Positions 23,848-36,989 of a stretch of DNA of 45,762 nucleotides are shown here, one piece after another. The DNA comes from Octopus sinensis (lineage: Eukaryota). Numbering within the stretch: the first letter of the stretch is position 1; each line of letters begins with the position of its first letter. The translations under genes and the position numbers were made by a program. The stretch is from contig NW_021835389.1 in assembly GCF_006345805.1 (NCBI RefSeq), positions 1 through 45,762 on the forward strand, written 5' to 3'. The notes beneath the pieces are model-generated. The model was not told the origin of the DNA, did not search any database, and saw only the letters and a program-made list of their open reading frames with translations.

Positions 23848-24597
23848 TACACACACATTTTGTATGCGACAGGCTTCTTTCAACTTCCGTCTACTAAATC
23901 CACTCACAAAGTTTTGGTTGGCCCAAGATTATAGTAAAATACACTTGACCAAGATGTCATGCAGTCGGACTGAACTCGGAACCATGTCATTGGGAATCAA
24001 GCTTCTTATTTCTTTACTGCCCACAAGGGGCTACATACAGGGGGACAAATAAGGACAGACAAACGGATTAAGTCGATTATAACGACCCCCAGTGCATAAC
24101 TGGTACTTATTTAATCGACCCTGAAAGGATGAAAGGCGAAGTCGACCTTAGCGGAATTTGAACTTAGAACGTAGCGGTAGATGAAATACCTATTTCTTTA
24201 CTACCCACAAGGGGCTAAACACAGAGGGGACAAACAAGGACAAACACACGGATTAAGTCGATTACATCGACCCCAGTGTGTAACTGGTACTTATTTAATC
24301 GACCCCGAAAGGATGAAAGGCAAAGTCGACCTTGGCGGAATTTGAACTCAGAACGTAGCGGCAGACGAAGTACCTATTTCTTTACTACCCACAAGGGGCT
24401 AAATACAGAGGGGACAAACAAGAGCAGACACACGGATTAAATCGATTATATCGACCCCAGTGCGTAACTGGTACTTATTTAATCGCCCCTGAAAGGATGA
24501 AAGGCAAAGTTGACCTCGGCGGAATTTGCCCGCTAAGCATTTTACCCAGCGTGCTAACGTTTCTGCCAGCTTCTTACCATACAGCCACGCCTGTGCC
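23545..24597 (-). mobile_element. SINE family A interrupted in its tRNA head by a SINE B trimer
   Basis: A body at 23545-24008; the A head resumes at 24568-24597 (agcttcttaccatacagccacgcctgtgcc). Confidence 0.8.
24006..24570 (-). mobile_element. SINE family B trimer (~184-bp units)
   Basis: Three units, 24006-24189, 24190-24373 and 24374-24570, with junction gaa(a/g)tac|ctatttctttac. Confidence 0.9.
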
Positions 24598-24929
24598 CAT
24601 TTCTCCCAATTTTCTATATGTACGATACGCATTTCTATTTTTTGCTATATTTGTGTTATTACTAAGCTATATTTTTCTTATTATTATGTCCGTTGTTTGC
24701 TATATTTGCGTGTTCGTTTCGAAGTGCATTTAAAGCGCCATTTTGTATAATACTGTGTTTGTGTGTCAGGCATTCTTTTAAACTATTTACTACTTGCATT
24801 GTTTCCTTTGTAGAATACTATATTTATTTGGACGGTTTAAATTATTGTTTATACACGTACGCGTGTCAGTGTCTCTCTGTGTTTATGTGCTTGCCTTTAC
24901 GCGAGTTGGAAGCTCACGTAACAATTCGA

Positions 24930-25930
24930 TGGTATGTATAGAGATGTTGTACAAATAATCTCCAGAAATGTTATCGGGTAGCTGACAGATGTGTTGAAGA
25001 ACGTAATCAATCTGTTCCAAAAATTCAACCTAAATGATAACTTCAAGATAGATAATTTGTAACATATAACATTCAAGCGAACAAAATCCCAATCGTGCAT
25101 TAAGCCTAGTAATACAATGTTTATATAAACAAGAATTCAAACCATCCTCGCATATTGTTAGGGATATACGCAACAACATGAGTAAACGAACCTCAACGGT
25201 TTCGTATAACGAAGACATATCGTGTAACATATATATATCCAATGATATATGGCATTTAAAGGGATAAAAATAACTATTTAGTACAATAATGATACGCAAG
25301 AATAACAAATCGTCATTTTCGATAAATGCCAGCGCACAATAGACAACATCTTGCTCCATCTTGTAAGAACCCATTTCTCCACCCACAAACATAAATACAG
25401 GAAAGTCTTTAAATATGAATTCGCTTAAAATTGGCTATTCTACATTTACAAACTGTATACCAGTATTGTAACAAACTTAAATAACAAGAAAACGATAAAT
25501 AACTTAATAACCAGAACTCGGAAAACAGAAAATGGATATATAATTATCAGTGTCATAGTGTGTCCAATAACTGGAAGCTTCTTGGAGAAATCAGTTGTAT
25601 ACGCAGCCTGTCAAAATTCCTTAATCAAAGCGTTATTGATTATATAGGTATAACTGAACGTTTTTAACAGCCGGTTTCATCAGCATAATTATACATTTAG
25701 AACATTATAAAGAATGCTGACCATAAAACTAGCAACACGTCTATAGTTTTCGGGGAATATATTTTGTGTCATTAGGTGTTGACTTTGAGCCAGTGCCAAA
25801 TTACAAGCAAACAAATGCCTACTGTAATTTTTGAACAGTAATTCACTGAAACATCAAAGCCAAAGATCAATCAAATATTCGTAATTAAGCTCTTCATGCT
25901 CACATTAACGAAAGTGCCCCCTAAAGAACC
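24930..25930 (+). mobile_element. Highly decayed Penelope-like element (RT thumb plus GIY-YIG)
   Basis: Plus-strand pieces YINKNSNHP, HIVRDIRNNMSKRTSTVSYNEDI, NMNSLKIGYSTFTN, CPITGSFLEKSVVYAA, DYIGITER and FNSRFHQHNYTFR occur in the expected PLE order across frameshifts. Confidence 0.75.
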
Positions 25931-26086
25931 GATATGTAAATAGGGGTAATATAAAATCTTTGTATTTGATATATTCTTCCTCAGTACAGTATTTCGGACA
26001 ATAATTTAATTGATGAATCGATTCATAAATACCAACAAATGAGACTCGAGAACGTTAGAATACTAGAAAAGGAATTCCTAATTGTA

Positions 26087-26653
26087 TTGGGTTGTCCGGA
26101 AAGTTCGTGCCGATTTATAGTAGCTTACCGTTCGACTTATTTTAGAACATGGTTGACTCCATAAAATAGGATTTAACTAAACCTCCATTTAGAGCACAGT
26201 TTAAGTTATCTTTTCGTGGAAGAAGGTTTATGTTCCTATAACCTGTGTTAATTCTGTAACCCTTTAAAATGGAAGATAAGAAAGTTCATTTTCGTCACTT
26301 GGTGCTTTGGAAACCAGACAAAAATTGCTGCTGCTCGGCTGGGATGTGTTACCCCACCCTCCATATTCACCAGATATTGCTCCTTCGGATTTCCACTTAT
26401 TCAGATCTCTGCAGAATAGACATAATGGTAAAAATTTAAAATTCCTTGGATGATGTAAAAAGATACCTTGATGAATTCTTTGCCATGAAACCCCCTCAAT
26501 TCTGGGAAGAGGGTATTTTCAAGTTAAAGAAAAGATGGAGACGCATTGTGCAACAAAATGGTTCATATTTGGTTGATTAAAAATGTAATGGCAAGTATTT
26601 ATTGACCTTTTTCTTTCCTTCAAAAATCGGCACAAACTTTCCGGACAACCCAA
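26087..26653 (+). mobile_element. Internally deleted (non-autonomous) mariner
   Basis: TA flanks at 26085-86 and 26654-55; 30-bp TIRs with one mismatch (TTGGGTTGTCCGGAAAGTT(C/T)GTGCCGATTT); MEDKKVHFRHLVLW abuts LGWDVLPHPPYSPDIAPSDFHLFRSLQ. Confidence 0.93.
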
Positions 26654-26745
26654 TACCTTTCCTTTTATTTTCATTTGCAATTTTACTTTTTGCTGTTTTT
26701 TTTTATTGCTTTCTTTTCTCTGTTAATACTATTTTATATATATGT

Positions 26746-27148
26746 TAAGGCGGCGAGCTGGCTGAATCGTTAGGACGCCGGGCGAAATGCGTAGCCGTAT
26801 TTCGTCTGCCGCTACGTTCTGAGTTCAAATTCCGTCGAGGTCGACTTTGCCTTTTATCCTTTCGGAGTCGATTAAATAAGTACCAGTTACGCACTGGGGT
26901 CGATATAATCGACTTAATCCGTCTGTCTGTCCTTGTTTGTCCTCTCTGTGCTTAGCCCCTTGTGGGTAGTAAAGAAATAGGTATTTCGCCTGTATTTACG
27001 TTCTGGGTTCAAATTCCGCTGAGGTCGACTTTGCCTTTTATCCTTTCGGGGTGGATAAATGAAGTACCAGTTGCGTACTGGTATCGATCTAATCAACTAT
27101 CCGCCTCCCCCAAAATTTTAGGCCTTGTGTGTAGAGTAGAAAAGAATA
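26746..27148 (+). mobile_element. SINE family B dimer
   Basis: Head-core-tail 1, junction aaagaaatag|gtatttcg at 26980/26981, then core-tail 2. Confidence 0.88.
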
Positions 27149-27487
27149 GAATACTATTTTATATTATGTTAATAACAAATTTACTGTGATATCTCTTCTC
27201 AAATAAACGTACTTAGCAACCGTAGGCTTCCAGCCTAAATACATCTAATGAGACAGCTGTAGATACGTATCATTTACATAGGCACATATTAAGACATTCC
27301 TATACATACATACATATATAAATATATATGTATGTATATATACGAACACACACATACACACATACAGACATTCATACGTATGTTAAACCATTCAAATATA
27401 TTTGCAAATGTACCAGCGAACGTAGTGAATATTTTCGAAGAATACATTGACTCATTAACACAAAAATATATGCATGTGTGTATCTAC

Positions 27488-27518
<31 letters not shown>

Positions 27519-28024
27519 TGTATGTATGTATGTATGTATGTATGTATGTATGTATGTATGAATATATATGTGTGTGTGTGCATTCATATACATACATACA
27601 TACATATATATACAGATACATATGTACATACAAACATATCACACACACACACATGTATATCAAGTGGTGCGTTTAAACATGCAAGTAGAAACGAAAATAG
27701 AGACGTACTATAGACAGAAACGTTACAGGCATTGAGAAAAGATTTTATAGAATTCAGGAGAAGAAAAATATTGTGTTCATTTGTATTTTAAAAGAAGCAA
27801 CACAAACAAGTGGATTACAAAGAATTAATGACCCACCCCGCCTTTATGTATTGTGACCACTATATATAGTAACCACTAGAAATAATAACCTCCTGATGGA
27901 ATGACACATCACACATAATCACTACCGCATGTAATGCTCACACATATTCACCATGGCATGTAATGACTACCACTGCATATAGATATAAGGACCATCATAT
28001 ATAAATTAGCTGCACCACATATAA

Positions 28025-28232
28025 TCTTTTACTGTTTTACTTGCTTCAGTCATGTGACTGTGGCCATGCTGGAACACCGCCTTTTAGTCGAGCAAATCGA
28101 CCTCAGGACTTATTCTTTGTAAGCCTAGCACTTATTCTATCGTTTTCTTTTACCGAACCGCTATGTTACGGAGACGTAAACACACTAGCATCGGTTGTCA
28201 AGCGATGTTGGGGGGGGACAAACACAGACACA

Positions 28233-28271
<39 letters not shown>

Positions 28272-28440
28272 GTATACATATATATGACGGGCTTCTTTCA
28301 GTTTCCGTCTACCAAATCCACTCACAAGGCTTTGGTCGACATGAGGCTATAGTAGAAGACACTTGCTCAAGGTACCACGCAGTGGGACTGAAACTGGAAC
28401 CATGTGGTTCGTAAGCAAGCTACTTACCACGCAGATACTC
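28025..28440 (-). mobile_element. SINE family A, full-length
   Basis: Colinear with 1227-1628. Confidence 0.87.
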
Positions 28441-28524
28441 TTAACAACCATTACATATAATGACCACCATATACAATGACCACTACGAGATTTAATAACT
28501 ACCACTATATATTTAATTGTTTTA

Positions 28525-28955
28525 AATTTTGGCTCAAAGTCAGCGATTTCAAGAAAAGTGGTGGTAAGTCAAAAACATTGGCCTCAGTGTTTGACTGGTA
28601 TTTTGTTTTATCGACCTTGAACTGACGAAAGACAAAGTTTTTCTCGGCGGAATTTGAACTCAGAACGGGTGGATTGGGAGAGACAAAAAAAAAAGGAAGA
28701 AATGTCGTTAGGCATTTTGTTTGACATGCTAACGATTCTTATTTCTTTATTGCTTACAAAGGTCTAAACATAGAAGGGACAAACAAGGACAGACGGACGG
28801 ATAAAGTCGATTGTATCGACCCCAGTGTGTAACTGGTACTTATCTAATCGTCCCCGAAAGGATGAAAGGCAAAGTTGAACTCAGAACGTAGTGGCAGAGG
28901 AAATACGGCTACGCATTTCGCCCGGCGTGCTAACGTTTATGCCAGCTCGCTGCCT
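28525..28955 (-). mobile_element. Two adjacent SINE B copies, one older and one younger
   Basis: Joined at gctaacgattct|tatttc near 28740, which differs from the standard dimer junction. Confidence 0.75.
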
Positions 28956-28974
28956 GTAGCAGTAGATACAATCA

Positions 28975-29115
28975 TCTCTACAGTAGGTACAAGGCCTGAA
29001 AGTTTAGGTGAGGACGCTAGCGGATTATATCAAGGCTAATGCTCAACTGGTAATTATTTTATCGACCAGAAAGAATGAAAAGCAAAGTCGGCTTTGGAGG
29101 AATTTGAGCTCAGAC
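28975..29115 (-). mobile_element. Diverged SINE B fragment
   Basis: tacaaggcctgaaag ... atcgaccagaaagaatgaaaagcaaagtcg ... gagctcaga. Confidence 0.7.
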
Positions 29116-29374
29116 CGTCAAGATATGATATAATGACCATCACCTCATAAAATGATCATCACATATAATTGACGCCGCATTGCACTGATATCAATAGGAC
29201 AGCTTCTAATAGAGACACTTTTAAGAATAGCAGTCTTCTATCCTTCGAAGGACACGTTTGAACAAGGTAATTCGTAACATACAAAAAGCCGGGATGGTCA
29301 CGTACGGAAGGCTATTATCAAAGTTCTGTTCAATCAGAAGTAAACAGGCCGAAGCAACGATAGCAACAACATTG

Positions 29375-29617
29375 GCGCAGGCATGGATGTGTGATTAAGA
29401 CACCTGCTTTCCAACAATGAGATCTTGGGATCAATCCCACAGTGCCCTTCCTTGGGAAAGTGCCTACAATAGATCTGGCCTGACCTAGCCTTGCGAGTAG
29501 ATTTGATAGACGGAAACTGTGTAGAAGCCTATCATACACATGGATGCGCGCGCACACCCGCATGTATGTATGTATGCATGTATGTATTCATGTATGTATA
29601 TATGTATGTATGTATTC

Positions 29618-29650
<33 letters not shown>

Positions 29651-29910
29651 TGTATGTGTGTATCGATGTGTACATGCTGTGTTTCTGTGGTGTTTGTGTT
29701 GTGTTTGTCCCCACTGCCGCTTGACAACCAGTGTTGGTTTGTTCACATCCCCGCAACCTAGCTGTTCGGTAAAAGACAACTGATAGAATAAGTACGAGGC
29801 TTACAAAAAGAAAAAGAAATAAGCACCGTTCGATTTGTTAGAATGCAACCCTTCAAAAGCGGTGCCCCAGCATGGCCAGAGTTCAATGACCAAATAAATA
29901 CATAAAAGAT
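29375..29910 (+). mobile_element. Diverged SINE family A with an expanded (TATG)n core
   Basis: ggcgcaggcatgg head, cttgacaaccagtgttgg core, agcggtgccccagcatggcc tail. Confidence 0.78.
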
Positions 29911-30984
29911 CAAAAGTAAAACAAGAAAAAAATCGATATTTTCATAGGAAAAAAACACTGGAAAAGGACAGACAAACACAGACAGACAAAGATATTTAGA
30001 AACAAGAATATATTTTACGAATATATTCTATAATATTGGAGAGAAGAGACGGTCGAAGCAAAAATATTATTTTATAGCTTAGGTAAGAGACGAAGTGAAA
30101 TCACCCATTATCAATACTGTATCACCATTGGCACGAAAACAACGTTGATGACGTCATCGTTATAAAATATGCGTTATTTATTATCTTATAATATTTCATT
30201 TGCATTTCGTTTTGTTGTTGCGCACATGATCCAAACACATACTTACAAATACACACAAACACATATGTACGTATGTATGTATGTATGTATGTATGTTATG
30301 TATGTATGTATGTATGTATGTATGTATGTATGTATCAGGGACGTGCCGGCTGGGTAGGCAAGGTAGGTAGTGCCTATCCTGAATAAAATAGATCGATAGC
30401 AACAGTTTCCGTTTATGGCAAAATATGCATCTAATTCAATAAAATTATGAAGGTTACTCTGATTACTATGCATAAAATACAAAATATTTTATTCTTTTGT
30501 AGATTAGGTACGCATAATTCACCCCTGCTTTTCAATCTCTGTATTAAAGCTACGCATAGAACTGCTGTAGTACACGTTCTGCGTACATTCCTACAACAAA
30601 CTTTTCTATACACACTATAAGGGCAGAAGCATATCTGCCTCCATCTCAGTCGCGCGCCTGTTTTTCGCTTATTTCTTTGAGTGTTTTACTACATAAACGT
30701 CACCAACTGCCTAATCTGGGTAATTACTGACGGTACGAGTTTTGTATGTATGCATGAATATATGTAAAAACATACAAAAATGGGACAAGAACGCAAAATA
30801 TCCAGACAGTTAGGTGAAGCAAAAAAAAAAGGAAAAAAAATATCCAGACAGACGATACAAGGAAAACAAGGATGGATCATTCGGGGTTTTCTATCCTCAG
30901 TCGAGTTCCAGAATATCTTTGCAATTATCTTTGCTGGTTATACTCGAGATAGCTCCAATCTCTTATATGAATATATGTAATTGT

Positions 30985-31427
30985 TTTACCATTTTGCTTG
31001 TTTCGGTCATTAGACCGCGGCAATGCTGGGGAACGGCTTTGAAGAATTTTTAGTCGAATGAATCGACTCCAGTACTTGATGTTTTTAAAACCTGGTACAT
31101 ATTCTATCGGTCGAAACGCTAAGGACCCAGAACCATATGGTTGGGAAGCAAGCTTTTTATCCCACAGCCATGCCTGTGTCAATATGTGTGTGTGTGTTAT
31201 TTTAAACTGTCATGCCCGATTAAACAGGCAAATCGACCTCAGGACTTAGTCTTTGTAAGCCTAGTACTTATTCTATCGGTCTCTTCTGCCAAACCGCTAA
31301 GGGACGGGGACGTAAACACACCAGCACCGGTTGCTAAGCGATGTTGGGGGACAAACACAGGGACACAAACGCACACACACACACACACATACAACACACA
31401 CTACACACACACGCGCGCGCATACACA

Positions 31428-31478
<51 letters not shown>

Positions 31479-31645
31479 GACGGGCTTATTTCAGTTTCAG
31501 TCTACCAAATCCACTCGCAAGGCTTTGGCTCGGCCCGAGGCTATCGTAGAAGACATTTGCCAAATTTACCACGCAATGGGACTGAACCCGGAACCATGTG
31601 GTTGGTTGGTAAGCAAGCTACTTACCAAACAGCCACTCCTGCATA
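30985..31645 (-). mobile_element. Two rearranged or truncated SINE A copies
   Basis: 30985-31185 is internally deleted; 31228-31645 lacks its tail. Confidence 0.78.
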
Positions 31646-31982
31646 TATATGTTTGTATGTAACTATTGGTGTGTGTATTTGCTCATGATGGTCTTGAGTT
31701 CGCAATTTCTTGCTGAACAATCCATTTAGATAATTTGTTTATAGTGATCAAATGCATGTGCCGCACATGAAGCTCGCTGGCTCCATTGAATTGACATTAG
31801 CTGTATAAGTGCACTGTGTACCACACATCAGATGTCGAAGTGATCGCAAACGCTGACATATGGAATCAATTGCCTTTTCATTCCATTAGAATTCGAAGTT
31901 CATTTGCGTGTGTTGGTCATGCCCGATTAAACAGGCAATATATTGTCGATAAATATAAGTTTTATATATATATATATATATG

Positions 31983-32014
<32 letters not shown>

Positions 32015-33149
32015 TGTATGTATGTATGTATGTGTGTATATACATACGTACATAGATACATATATGTATATATATATATATCCACAAGACGTCAGCTTCG
32101 TTATTTCTCATTGGCAGAGGTGACTCACCTGATTGATCATGCGTCAGACTCAATATTACCCAACGAAATACTTATTCAATGCATTTGCCTTAGTTCTTGA
32201 TAAGTTTTGGGTTCTTGAGTGATTTCATCTTATTCAAGATAAATTTTCTTTGATGACGTTAACTTGAGAATATCTCGGATCTTCTATTATAAGCGATAAT
32301 GTTGGCAGTTTTAATATCTGGAACTTTTCAGTTAGACATAGCTTGCACTTTCAGTATCAATTAAGTTATGCTTTGGTTTAGCCGACGATATTTTTGCTAT
32401 CTGTCTTCTAAAGTAGTGATATCAAGAGCTGAGAGTATACACTAGAACAGCATCGATTCACAGTGAACATATTACAAACCCCACTTTATGAGTTTATTCA
32501 GACATTCATATCAAATGACAAGCAAAACAAGTGTTTCAGTCCGTCTGGAAACAGAAAAGTCATGGACTGGAACGCCCTCTAAAAACATAATTCACAGAAC
32601 TGAGGATAATGCTTCATTTGATTTCTAGACATTAAAACAATCAGTGATGTTTCATAACCGAAAATTTGCAATATTGTTGAGTTACCGTCATAGGAGTAAA
32701 TCGTCTGTGGATAATCTTCAAAAATCTCTGAGGTAAGGCTTATCAATTGAAATCTAAAGCAAACGGACCCGTAGAGCAGACACTACATGAGAAGCATCAT
32801 AAGTCTTGGCCAAAAACTTTCTCTTATACAAAAGTAGTCCATCCAGTATTAAAGATATCTTAAGTGTCCCACATATTCGATCAAGCGAACTAGGCAGGCT
32901 AGCAAGAATCAGCCTAGCTGGTGAGTTGGGGACATTTAGCTTTATTTATCTATTCCCTGAATCGATTGTCATTGTATATATTGCTTGAAATTCAGAATAG
33001 CTGTGCAGTAATGCAGTAAATTATCTATCGATTCCAATTGAATAAAAATTTTAAATATTGAGTCACTTTTACTTACATTTGTACGTATACGTATGCGTGT
33101 GTGTGTTTACAGTATATAAATATACATATACATATGTACATATATCCAA

Positions 33150-33358
33150 ATGTATATTTACTGACTATGGGTAAAAGAAAATACAAGAGGATCGTTTAAT
33201 TATAATTTTATTCAGCATATTCTCCTCTCAGATTCACACACATATTGCAGCGATCCTTCAGGTTTTCTAAGCCCTGTAAAAGAACACGGAAGTTCTGGCC
33301 TCTCAACTAGGCCTTTCGGCAAATCCTTAAAGTCAGTAAATTTTCAGCATCCCTCGTA
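33150..33358 (-). mobile_element. Mariner-derived MITE retaining the transposase C-terminus
   Basis: Minus strand reads LLQGLENLKDRCNMCVNLRGEYAE*; TIR-like end aaattttcagcatccctcg|ta. Confidence 0.72.
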
Positions 33359-33369
33359 TATAAATATAC

Positions 33370-33467
33370 AATATGTACACACACACACATACACACATAC
33401 ACACATACACACACACATATACATACTTATACATACATACGCATATATATATGTATATATGCATATG

Positions 33468-33502
<35 letters not shown>

Positions 33503-33568
33503 AATATATAATAGGTATATATATATATATTATATATATATATATGTTGTGTGTGTGTAAACGTATAC

Positions 33569-33610
<42 letters not shown>

Positions 33611-33684
33611 GTTATATATATACATACGTATAACATGTAATATCTATATATGAATGTGTATGTATGCTAGCGTGTACACACGCT

Positions 33685-33720
<36 letters not shown>
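33370..33720. repeat. (AC)n/(AT)n compound microsatellite
   Basis: Direct reading. Confidence 0.92.
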
Positions 33721-33721
<1 letters not shown>

Positions 33722-34276
33722 GTAAGTATGCATGATAGTGTGTATGTCTGTATGTGTATGTATGCGTATCCACATGTATAAATTATAAAATCTCTCAAAA
33801 GGAAACTAAGGGAATATGTGACGTGTTGACACATTAATAATATATTGTTGTCCTCACATGCAACCACATACATGTGTGCACCCACACACGGATGCACAGG
33901 CACGCGCGCACGCACACCCACACCCACACACCTATGCACACTCACGTATACGTATATACATAAGTGTTTCCATATGTATGTGAATGATTCTATGCATCCG
34001 TTTGTATATAAGTGTGCATCCATTAAAGGAGAAAGTATATTTAGAACGCAAAAATGTCAAAGTATTACTCCTTCAAAGGAGTGTAAAACATCCAATTTAC
34101 TTGTACAGCCAGTTGAATACCAGAGAAGTAGGAGTATGAATGCAAATTACAAATAATAAATTAAATAGAGAAATAAAATTTACAATCTAAGAATTATTAT
34201 ATTATCTTATCTTATAGAATATTATATTTATAATGTAATAAATTGTTAGATTGTAAATTGTATTTCTCTATTACTA

Positions 34277-34314
<38 letters not shown>

Positions 34315-35279
34315 TATAAATAGATGATGTGTATTTTTACCTGTTAACAATTAACACGGAAAAAAAAAATAGTTATCAGGGCAGCAATATATATATTTAT
34401 TCTTATATATATATATATATATTATATATATATATATAGAATATATATATATAATATATATATATATATTAGAGAGAGAGAGAGAGAGATAGTTTAGATA
34501 TATAGATTAATAGATAGATAGAGAGAGAGAGAGAGGAGGAAAGACAGATGAAGGGAAAGCGAGAAAGAATGGAGACTATGAATATATAACAAATAGGGTA
34601 GGCATTGTAGTTGTATAGTTGCCTCGAGATCCTGTGCAAATTAGAGTGGAAATTAGAGTAACAAGACACTGATTGGACCAAGATAGACAGAATACTAATC
34701 TTACGGTATTGAGCACTCTTATTTCCAACAGTCAACGCTAAACGAACACATAAACAAACGCGCGCCCGCACGCAAATATACGTATATATTTATAAAATAG
34801 AACCGACAACCCATTCGATTCTTCTTCTTACTCATAGGCGCGTTTAAGGTTCTACACTTCACAGATACTTTGGGATACTGTTGGAATTGCAGATTACCAA
34901 ACAGCAGGGATTAGTTTGTCACTGATCGCTGTAGTCGAATAATGGACTTCGCGGTTTATTCAGTAGCCAGTTCATGGCGCGCTTCACTTTGATATGCCTT
35001 GATTCTTTATGGGTTTAAAGTAATCGGAATATACTGGCATAGACTGAAAACTTATTATGATAGCATGAATTTGTAACCCTATCACTTACTAGTCAGTCAT
35101 GATTAGCATAAGCGAAACCGGTGGACTGGGTAATTATGTATTACCTAGAATATATGTATATTTTGACCAATATAAAAATTTCTGTGCATTTTCCTTCTTT
35201 GTATAGTTTTCACTACAATTCACCACGTGTGTTTTCTTTATCACTTATGCATGTATATATATAAATATACAAATATACA

Positions 35280-35315
<36 letters not shown>

Positions 35316-35398
35316 TATAGATATATATATTATATATATATATATAATATATAATTTATATATATATATATATATATAAGATAGATAGATAGATAGAT

Positions 35399-35431
<33 letters not shown>

Positions 35432-36144
35432 GGTAGGTAGATAGATCGATCGATAGATAGATATATGTATGTACCACGTAGGTCTATTATTTATATATGT
35501 ATATGTATATATTTATATAAATTTTTGTTTATTCCATGTCAGAACATGCCGTCCCCGACAAATAAGCCTCTTGATGAGGACAGATTTGTGCAATTTTTCA
35601 CAAAAAACTTCATTGAGTATTTCCCCCCCTTTAAAAATTATTTACATGTCTGTTCGACCGTTTCACATGGCTATATTCATTAAAACTTATTAAAACTTCA
35701 GAATTCTTACAATTTTGGTCGTCATAATGCTTTGCTTTCGTTTGTTTTATAAAAATTCGTCTTCTTAATGATTTTGCATTCATTTTGTGATAGACAGCTA
35801 TCATGCGGAAAATACTAGCTTCCAAATTCTGTTTTCTGATTAGGTAAAATTGATTAAACTTTAACCTCAGTAATATTTTCCTGGATTTTTTTCTGGAAGA
35901 AATAAATAACAAAATCGGATTTTACATGGAAAATTATTTCAATATCCCAAATTTGAAAATTTTGACTAAGTTTTAAATTTCACTGTATGTGACAGTAACA
36001 GGGAAGACCCTACAAAGTAGAGGCAGACAGACAGATAGGAAGTCACACACACATACACACAACACCACACACATATTTACAAACGTACACGAGTAATCAC
36101 GAGTTTAATGGTACATAGTAAGACATATGCATGTATTTACTATG

Positions 36145-36231
<87 letters not shown>

Positions 36232-36989
36232 CTGTGTGTGAGTGTTTCTTTGCGATGAACAGCAGAAAAGCCACCTACTCCCTCTCTTTTCAAAGCTACG
36301 TATTCCTCATACCCACCTTTCTTTCCCTTCCTCGGTGTTTTAAATGTTACTTTTGAGCATGTGTATGTGTGTGTGCAGTGTGCGTGAAGTGTGTTTGTGT
36401 ATGCATGTATTTATGCATTTACAAAAGTATGTATGCAGCGTCGCGTGTATATGACAGCTGTATTAACGCTACCATCCCACCGCCACTCCATATTTGTCGC
36501 TTACACAACGTTGCCCTCCTATTCTCTGATATCAGTCACACTCAACTATGCCACTACATTTCCCTCACACCAACACTCTTACACTCTTCTCATTTTATGA
36601 TCTATTAACCCAACTCCGCTAGCGGGCCCATTATAGATTTCTATTGAAATTCAATTAGCCTAAAATTGAACTGGATGTTAGTTTAACACGTATGTAACGT
36701 TTCGTGAAAATTGGTTCACTAGTGTAGGTCGTAAAATTGCTGGCTTCTGGACAAATCATTAATCCCTCCTTTCACCTATAACTATCGGTCTTGCAGAGGT
36801 GAAACAGTTTTTTTTTTATATTCGTGGAACGTATGAGTAACATTGAACCTGAAAGGTGTCAATCGCTAAACTAATTCGGTATTATACGTCATTAAAGACA
36901 ATTAAGTGTTAATATCTTGCAGTAATGTGTCTAATTAAATAATGCTAATTAAATAATGAACCATATTAAATCTACACCATTATCGCCAG

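Noticed and set aside
24009-24570. Regularly spaced ~184-bp repeats as a CRISPR-like array or satellite
   Set aside because: The units are SINE B bodies with no unique spacers, in eukaryotic DNA.
25665-25685. CTGATGAAACCGGCTGTT (minus strand) as a hammerhead core
   Set aside because: There is no stem II, and the plus strand is the RFHQ part of the PLE GIY-YIG motif.
30431-30613. MYRKVCCRN...AVLCVALI ORF as the signal-peptide exon
   Set aside because: The hydrophobic core is short and the available donor is phase 1, incompatible with the strong phase-2 acceptor at 16773.
34469-34771. MRARVCLCVRLALTVG ORF as the signal-peptide exon
   Set aside because: It starts at a non-ATG codon and its donor is phase 1.
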